From an uncultured Clostridium sp. (lineage in GTDB: Bacteria; Bacillota; Clostridia; TANB77; CAG-508): 64,000 nt of DNA. Shown here piece by piece: positions 58,402-64,000 of this stretch. Where the stretch lies: NCBI GenBank assembly GCA_948470605.1, contig CAOKPI010000006.1, forward strand, positions 85 through 64,084, written 5' to 3'. The position numbers were made by a program, and so were the translations under genes. The notes under the pieces are model-generated. The model was not told the origin of the DNA, did not search any database, and saw only the letters and a list, made by a program, of their open reading frames with translations. Positions within the stretch are counted from its first letter, which is position 1. Each line of letters begins with the position of its first letter.

Positions 58402-59076
58402 ATGGATGCAAAAATTATTGGAGAAACATTGCCAGCAGTTATTTGTAAACTAAAGAAGGGAGAATCCATTTTAACAGAAAACGGCGGAATGAGTTGGATG
58501 GATAGTGGAATTGAAATGAAAACAACCACCAATGGTGGAATTATGAAAGGAATTGGAAGGGCTTTTGCAGGAGAATCTCTTTTTATGAATGTATATACAG
58601 CACAAGAAGATGATGTAGAAATAGGATTTTCATCTTGTTTTCCAGGACAAATTTTAGAGTATGATTTAAAAGAAGGAGAGACCATTATTGCTCAAAAACG
58701 TGCATTTCTTTGTTCTGAAAATACAGTCGATATTGCGATGCAATTTCGTAAAAAATTAGGTGCTGGATTCTTCGGAGGAGAAGGTTTCATTATGCAAAAA
58801 ATAACAGGACCTGGAAAAGTATTTTTAGAAATTGATGGTTCTGTTGTGAAAAAGGAATTACAAGCAGGTGAAAAATTAAAAGTTGATAATGGTTATGTAG
58901 CAGCTATGACAAAAGATGTGAAGCTAAATATTGAAACAGTAAAAGGGGTAAAGAATATTGTGTTTGGAGGAGAAGGTTTATTTTTAACAACATTAGAAGG
59001 TCCAGGAACTGTATGGCTACAAACCATGCCAATTTCAAAATTGTCTAGCTTATTATATGTGGGAACAGCAAGATAG
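58402..59076 (+). CDS. TIGR00266 (AIM24/DUF124) family protein
   Basis: 224 aa with GESLFMNVY, FFGGEGFIMQKITGPG and FGGEGLFLTTLEGPGTVWLQ motifs characteristic of the family. Confidence 0.8.
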   Translation: MDAKIIGETLPAVICKLKKGESILTENGGMSWMDSGIEMKTTTNGGIMKGIGRAFAGESLFMNVYTAQEDDVEIGFSSCFPGQILEYDLKEGETIIAQKRAFLCSENTVDIAMQFRKKLGAGFFGGEGFIMQKITGPGKVFLEIDGSVVKKELQAGEKLKVDNGYVAAMTKDVKLNIETVKGVKNIVFGGEGLFLTTLEGPGTVWLQTMPISKLSSLLYVGTAR

Positions 59077-59270
59077 AGAAGAAAGCAGTGTAGTACAAAA
59101 GCTATGCTGTTTTTTTGCATTTTGTACTATGATATGCCTCTTTTGTTCTAGATTTCTTGAAAATAGGAGTTTTTTATGATAATATATTGCTGGTAAAAAG
59201 TAAGTATATAATGTACTTAAAAAGTAATATAATGAATAATGAAAAACTATATAAAAGGAGAGAAATTAGA

Positions 59271-59891
59271 ATGAAAGTAATGTTAGTAAACGGAAGTCCC
59301 CATGAAAAAGGTTGTACTTATACAGCTTTAAGGGAAGTAGAAAGTAGCTTGCAGAAAAATGGAATTGAAACAGAAATTTTCTGGTTAGGCAATCAGCCAG
59401 TAGCTGGCTGTATTGGATGTGGAAGTTGTCTTAAAACAGGAGAGTGTTTTGTCGAAGATAAAGTAAATGAGTTTTTAGTCAAAGTGCCAGAAACAGACGG
59501 TTTTATCTTCGGTACACCAGTACATTTTGCAGCAAGTTCTGGTATGTTATCTTCTTTTATGGATAGAGCTTTTTATGGTAGAAGAAACTTGTTTAGTCAT
59601 AAACCAGCTTCAGCAGTGGCAAGTTGTAGAAGAGGAGGGGCAACGGCTACTTTAGACGAAATTAATAAATATTTTGGAATTAGCAATATGCCAATTGTAT
59701 CTTCACAATATTGGAATATGGTGCATGGGAGTAAGCCAGAAGACGTTATAAAAGATGAAGAAGGAATGCAAACTATGAGAACATTAGGTAATAATATGGC
59801 TTGGTTGTTAAAGTCAATCGAAGCAGGAAAAAGAGCAGGAATTGAGTCACCCAAAAACGAACCAATTGTAGCAACTAATTTTATAAGATGA
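59271..59891 (+). CDS. Flavodoxin-family / NADPH-dependent FMN reductase-like iron-sulfur flavoprotein
   Basis: MKVMLVNGSPHEKGCTY...GCIGCGSCLKTGEC...GFIFGTPVHF; AAGGAGAG RBS before ATG 59271. Confidence 0.8.
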   Translation: MKVMLVNGSPHEKGCTYTALREVESSLQKNGIETEIFWLGNQPVAGCIGCGSCLKTGECFVEDKVNEFLVKVPETDGFIFGTPVHFAASSGMLSSFMDRAFYGRRNLFSHKPASAVASCRRGGATATLDEINKYFGISNMPIVSSQYWNMVHGSKPEDVIKDEEGMQTMRTLGNNMAWLLKSIEAGKRAGIESPKNEPIVATNFIR

Positions 59892-60070
59892 TTTTTGGGA
59901 TGCCCTTAGTTGTGTGAATGTTAAGCGAGCTACAGATAAGTAATATCTTTAGCTACGGAGGAAAAAATCATCATAATTGTTATTGCTTTTTCAAAATAAT
60001 ATAGATTAATTTTGAAAGTAGTATATTAAAAACTATCTATCATGATTTTTTCCTCCGTCCCCAAAATCAT
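59888..60070. repeat. Nested inverted-repeat intergenic element
   Basis: Perfect 17 bp ACGGAGGAAAAAATCAT (from 59955) / ATGATTTTTTCCTCCGT (to 60058), flanked by ATGATTTTTGGG / CCCCAAAATCAT. Confidence 0.8.
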
Positions 60071-60137
60071 GAAAAATTTCTTGCTATTTATCAAAAACAA
60101 AGATATAATAATAAAAAATAAAGGAAAGGATAAAAAG

Positions 60138-60974
60138 ATGAAAACAGTAAAAAAACATAGTATAAGAATAGCAATCATAGTTATGACAATATTTTTAGTC
60201 AATCTATTTTATGGAGAAGTACAAGTTCAAGCCAATGAAGAGAAAAGTTTAATACAACAGCAACTAGAATATTATACAAGAAATATGGATGTCAATAATA
60301 TTTCAAAAGAAGACGTTTTAAAAGTTTATGACACTATTACAGAGGAATATACGAATGATGAAATAGCGAATATGATAAAAGATAACACAGAGGAAATGAA
60401 AAAGCAAGGAATTAGCGAAGAGATAATAGGAACCAGTGCTGATTTTATAAAAACAACTGATACAGAAAGTCTAAGAAAGATTATAGAAAATGATATTGAT
60501 GTCGAAGATATTAAAGAAAAAGTAAATCAAGGTTATACACCCAATCAAATATTAAAAAGTGTCATGCAAGAAATGCCGAACGAGAAAAAAGCTGAAATAG
60601 CAACCAAACTAATACTATCTAATTATGTTGTCAAAACAGGATTGACAATAGTTATGATTCTATTTATCTATGGAACCATTCTTAGATGGATTATCTATGC
60701 AAAAGCTGGAAAACATGGATGGGCAGCAATCATACCATTTTATAGACAAATAGTGATGTATCAAGTTTGTGGATTATCACCATGGTTGATATTACTTTGG
60801 TTTGTACCAATAGTAGGATGGATAGCCATGTTTATCATAGCTATCATGAAAAGATTTTGCTTAGCCAGTGAATTTGGAATGAATGGATTATTTGGATTGG
60901 GGCTATTGTTATTTCCACCAATTTTCCAAAGTATACTAGCTTTTAATTCCAATATAGAGAAAACAGAGAATTGA
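60138..60974 (+). CDS. Membrane protein with signal-anchored extracellular domain and a DUF5684-like C-terminal TM region
   Basis: The C-terminal YAKAGKHGWAAIIPFY...VPIVGWI...FGLGLLLFP pattern is typical of DUF5684-type proteins; ATG 60138 behind AAGGAAAGGA. Confidence 0.6.
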   Translation: MKTVKKHSIRIAIIVMTIFLVNLFYGEVQVQANEEKSLIQQQLEYYTRNMDVNNISKEDVLKVYDTITEEYTNDEIANMIKDNTEEMKKQGISEEIIGTSADFIKTTDTESLRKIIENDIDVEDIKEKVNQGYTPNQILKSVMQEMPNEKKAEIATKLILSNYVVKTGLTIVMILFIYGTILRWIIYAKAGKHGWAAIIPFYRQIVMYQVCGLSPWLILLWFVPIVGWIAMFIIAIMKRFCLASEFGMNGLFGLGLLLFPPIFQSILAFNSNIEKTEN

Positions 60975-61008
60975 TAGGAAAATAGAAAAAAAGAAAGAGT
61001 GAAACAAA

Positions 61009-61770
61009 GTGAACCAAAACGGAAAAATAGGAGTTTTTGATTCTGGAATTGGTGGCGTTACTGTATTACGTGAAATGATAAAAGTTTTACCAAAAGAAAA
61101 TTATAGGTATTATAGTGATTCCAAAAATAATCCCTATGGAGACAAAACAGATGAGGTAATACAACAGTTATGTGATAATATTGTTCAACACTTTATCCAA
61201 GAAAATTGTAAAGCCATTGTGATAGCTTGTAATACAGCCAGTAGTAAAGCAGCTAGTTTACTACGAAAAAAATATCCTCAGTTACCATTTATTGCTATCG
61301 AACCTGCATATAAGATGGTCTATGATTATGCATATGACAAACCAACTCTAGTTATGGCAACGAAAGGGACCATTCATAGTGAAAAATTCAACTTATTATT
61401 AAAAAAATATGATAATCATAAAACGTATCTGTTACCTTGTATTGGACTAGCTGATAGAATTGAACAAGGAAATAAGGAAGAAATTACAAAATATTTAAAA
61501 GAGCATATAGGTAGATATCAGGGAAGAGTAGAAAATGTCGTATTAGGTTGTACCCATTATCCTTTGGTTCAAAAAGAAATACAGGAAATATTAGGACAAG
61601 TTCAATTTTTTAATGGAGCTCCTAATTTAGCAAAACATTTAAAAGGCATATTAGAAGAAAGAAAGTTATTAAACCAAGGAGAAGGAAACATAGAATTTGA
61701 GGATTCTCAAGGAAGCAAAGAAAAAGAACAAAGATTTTTTGAAATATTAAAGGGAGAAATAAATAGATGA
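61009..61770 (+). CDS. murI: Glutamate racemase
   Basis: GVFDSGIGGVTVL, IACNTAS and LGCTHYP catalytic cysteine motifs; GTG start. Confidence 0.92.
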   Translation: MNQNGKIGVFDSGIGGVTVLREMIKVLPKENYRYYSDSKNNPYGDKTDEVIQQLCDNIVQHFIQENCKAIVIACNTASSKAASLLRKKYPQLPFIAIEPAYKMVYDYAYDKPTLVMATKGTIHSEKFNLLLKKYDNHKTYLLPCIGLADRIEQGNKEEITKYLKEHIGRYQGRVENVVLGCTHYPLVQKEIQEILGQVQFFNGAPNLAKHLKGILEERKLLNQGEGNIEFEDSQGSKEKEQRFFEILKGEINR

Positions 61771-62306
61771 AAATTTTAAAAAATAATTTAAAAAGTAATT
61801 TAAACATTAGAACAGAAAAAGATTATCCCATCAAAGGAATTGAATTTATTGATATAACCCCACTAATTCTACAAAAAGAAACGTTAAAAGAAATAGCAGA
61901 AGGATTTGCCCAAGAATTAAAAGATAAAAAAGTAGATTATATTGTAGCACCAGAAGCAAGAGGATTTTTACTAGGAACTATGGTAGCCAATTTATTAGGA
62001 ATTGGCTGTGTACCAGTTAGGAAAAAGGGAAAGTTACCACCTACAACGGTAGAGAAGACATTTGATTACATAAAAGAATATGGCAAAGACCAATTAGAAT
62101 TACCGAAATTGGTAAATACTACTTACCAAGATAAAAGTTTTTATATTATGGATGATATTTATGCAACAGGCAATACGGTAAAAGCAATCCAAAAAGCGAT
62201 AGAAGAAGAGGGAGGAAAAACGATAGGTAAAGGCGTTGTAATGAATATTGTAGGTTTAAATCAAGATAAAGATGTATTTTCTTTTATTGAGGTAGAAGAA
62301 GAATAG
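61767..62306 (+). CDS. apt: Adenine phosphoribosyltransferase
   Basis: IKGIEFIDITPL, EARGF, FYIMDDIYATGNT PRPP motif; overlaps the murI stop. Confidence 0.9.
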   Translation: MKILKNNLKSNLNIRTEKDYPIKGIEFIDITPLILQKETLKEIAEGFAQELKDKKVDYIVAPEARGFLLGTMVANLLGIGCVPVRKKGKLPPTTVEKTFDYIKEYGKDQLELPKLVNTTYQDKSFYIMDDIYATGNTVKAIQKAIEEEGGKTIGKGVVMNIVGLNQDKDVFSFIEVEEE

Positions 62307-62320
62307 GAGGGTACGGTAAG

Positions 62321-62524
62321 ATGAAAAATAAGGGAGAACGAGGAGCTGTTACTTTGTTTGTTGTGGTAATATGTGTGTTTATCACCATTATGCTTGTTAC
62401 CTTTACGATGAGATTAGAAAATCAGAAACAAATACAAAATAAAGAGATTGAACAAATAACAAAAAGTTACCAAGAGAATGAACAAGATATGGAGGAAATG
62501 TATTCTAGGATTGTTAATGAATAA
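62321..62524 (+). CDS. Small membrane protein (67 aa)
   Basis: One TM helix (AVTLFVVVICVFITIMLVTF) then a polar tail; GGAGGG RBS. Confidence 0.5.
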   Translation: MKNKGERGAVTLFVVVICVFITIMLVTFTMRLENQKQIQNKEIEQITKSYQENEQDMEEMYSRIVNE

Positions 62525-62578
62525 AATAAAGGTGATTTGGGTAAAATGCATATAAAATAGAAAAAAGGAGAATGAGAG

Positions 62579-63019
62579 ATGGAGAATATTATAAAAGACT
62601 TAAATACATTCTTATCTAATTTAAACGTATTTTATCGTAAATTACAAAATTATCATTGGAATGTGGTAGGAAAGGATTTTTTTGTTTTTCATAGTAAACT
62701 AGAAGAATATTATGATAAAATAAATGAACAAATTGATGAGATAGCAGAACACATTTTAATGATAAATGGGCAACCTTTAGGAACTATGAAAGATTATTTA
62801 GAAAATACTTCGATACAAGAAGCTAAAAATGAGAAGGTAAAAGATAATGTGGTTTTTGAAGCAATTATCAAAGATTATGGACAATTACTGGAAAATGTAA
62901 GCAATATAAAAAAAGAAGCAGATGAACAAACAGATTATATTACCTCTGCTTTGATGGATTCTTATATTTCGGATTATACAAAAATATTATGGATGTTAAA
63001 ACAGATGATGCAATCTTAA
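62579..63019 (+). CDS. dps: Dps family DNA-protection/ferritin-like protein
   Basis: NVFYRKLQNYHWNVVGKDFFVFHSKLEEYYD...IAEHI ferroxidase-site pattern. Confidence 0.88.
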   Translation: MENIIKDLNTFLSNLNVFYRKLQNYHWNVVGKDFFVFHSKLEEYYDKINEQIDEIAEHILMINGQPLGTMKDYLENTSIQEAKNEKVKDNVVFEAIIKDYGQLLENVSNIKKEADEQTDYITSALMDSYISDYTKILWMLKQMMQS

Positions 63020-63105
63020 TTGAATAGATGAGATTATAATAAAGCTATGGAAACATAGCTTTTTTGATGTTCACAAAGAATTCACAAAAAAATTAGCAGA
63101 AAGTA

Positions 63106-63134
63106 TTGACAAGTGCTAAAAAGGGGTATAATAT
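63106..63134 (+). promoter_or_regulatory. SigA-type promoter of hrcA
   Basis: TTGACA (63106-63111), then TATAATAT; the architecture is nearly identical to the groES promoter (GTATTGACAAGT...GGGTATAA). Confidence 0.7.
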
Positions 63135-63142
63135 ATAAACAG

Positions 63143-63169
63143 TTAGCAATCGGACCAAAAGAGTGCTAA
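63143..63169 (+). promoter_or_regulatory. CIRCE operator upstream of hrcA
   Basis: TTAGCAATC-N9-GAGTGCTAA. Confidence 0.9.
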
Positions 63170-63183
63170 AAGAGGTGAAAAAG

Positions 63184-64000
63184 TTGTTAGATGAGAGAAA
63201 AAAGAAAGTCTTACAAGCGATTGTAGAAGAATATATCAATACAGCAGAACCAGTAAGCTCCAATGCACTAACACAAAGTCATGGTCTAGCATGTAGTAGT
63301 GCGACCATTCGAAATGAAATGTCAGAACTAGAAAAAAGCGGATTTTTAGATAAAACGCATACCTCAAGTGGACGAATCCCATCCGCAAAAGGGTATCGAT
63401 ACTATGTAGATGAGCTTTTAAATGACAAAGACATTAGCTTAGAGGAAATCAAATATATTAGTTCAAAATTAGAAACAAAGGTAAACGAAATAGAAGATTT
63501 AACAAAAATAGCAGCTAACACCATATCAGAAGTAACGCATTATACAACGGTTTCCATTGGACCAAAAGCAACAACACAGTTAATCGAAGAAATCAAATTT
63601 GTTTTATTAGGAACTAGAATGATGATGGCAGTTATCTTAACCGATTCAGGATTGGTCAAAGAAACGATTATTAAATTTGATGAAGACATTAATGAAAAAC
63701 AAGTAGAAACCATGAATTACATGTTCAATAATAAATTGAAAAATCAACCAATTGAAACAATAGATAGGCCTTTAGAAGAATATTTATATGATGAAATGAC
63801 TTATAGCGTAAATGTAATTAAACCAATCATTGAACAGATAAAAAAAGTATTAGAAGAAGATAATAAAATTTATTTAGAAGGAACCAATAAATCTTTTGAC
63901 TTACCAGAATTTAATAGTTTAGAAGTAGCGAAAAATTTTGTTAATATATTAGATACCAAAGAATTGGTAGCCGATATGCTTAACTCGGGATTTGCCGAAG
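63184..64000 (+). CDS. hrcA: Heat-inducible transcription repressor HrcA (3' end outside window)
   Basis: LDERKKKVLQAIVEEYINTAEPVSSNAL...SSATIRNEMSELEKSGFLDKTHTSSGRIPSAKGYRYYVD; start is TTG 63184 or GTG 63175. Confidence 0.92.
   Translation, partial: MLDERKKKVLQAIVEEYINTAEPVSSNALTQSHGLACSSATIRNEMSELEKSGFLDKTHTSSGRIPSAKGYRYYVDELLNDKDISLEEIKYISSKLETKVNEIEDLTKIAANTISEVTHYTTVSIGPKATTQLIEEIKFVLLGTRMMMAVILTDSGLVKETIIKFDEDINEKQVETMNYMFNNKLKNQPIETIDRPLEEYLYDEMTYSVNVIKPIIEQIKKVLEEDNKIYLEGTNKSFDLPEFNSLEVAKNFVNILDTKELVADMLNSGFAE

Noticed and set aside
58182-58448. 88 aa plus-strand ORF (and the 81 aa minus-strand ORF) across the GC-rich hairpin
   Set aside because: The ORF starts inside the ABC-2 permease gene and spans a terminator, the hairpin and the promoter of the next gene. 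Its translation is dominated by the palindrome (Gly/Arg/Leu/Ser) and it has no RBS.

Overview
Low-GC (roughly 30% by eye) Firmicutes/Clostridia-type chromosomal segment. The housekeeping backbone is the end of the ribosomal alpha operon (rpsK-rpsD-rpoA-rplQ), recD2, comFC, fbp, spoVT, a short alaS, a HIT protein, ligA, folD, dprA, groES-groEL and hrcA with CIRCE operators, mutY, murI, apt, dps and four tRNAs. Accessory DNA interrupts it in four places. (1) A ~13 kb island lies between ligA and folD. It carries a replication-relaxation-like gene, three resistance-type genes (VOC, MmcQ/YjbR, MccF-like S66 peptidase), a His-codon leader peptide plus terminator, a histidyl-tRNA synthetase fused to a CntK-like histidine racemase, an M20 hydrolase, an AbiEi/AbiEii pair, a primase-polymerase::SF2 helicase fusion and a large serine recombinase. 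(2) A 6.8 kb integrative element sits in tRNA-Tyr, bounded by a perfect 56 bp direct repeat. Its int, xis and a higher-GC GT2 glycosyltransferase are intact, but repL, mob and an HTH gene are decayed. It also carries a type I toxin-like peptide. (3) A Tn4451-like module (large serine recombinase, TnpV-like protein, ABC exporter) lies next to tRNA-Thr. (4) A KAP-like P-loop NTPase is framed by repeats. Intergenic regions are full of nested palindromic, MITE/REP-like elements from several families. One ~120 bp family has three copies, two of which bracket fbp in inverted orientation. Five genes (recD2, fbp, repL, an rluA-family gene, a P-loop kinase) carry single-base frameshifts. The candidate I rank highest as novel is the leader-controlled HisRS::histidine-racemase + M20 operon. 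All calls come from reading the sequence and ORF translations. No database search or RNA folding was run.
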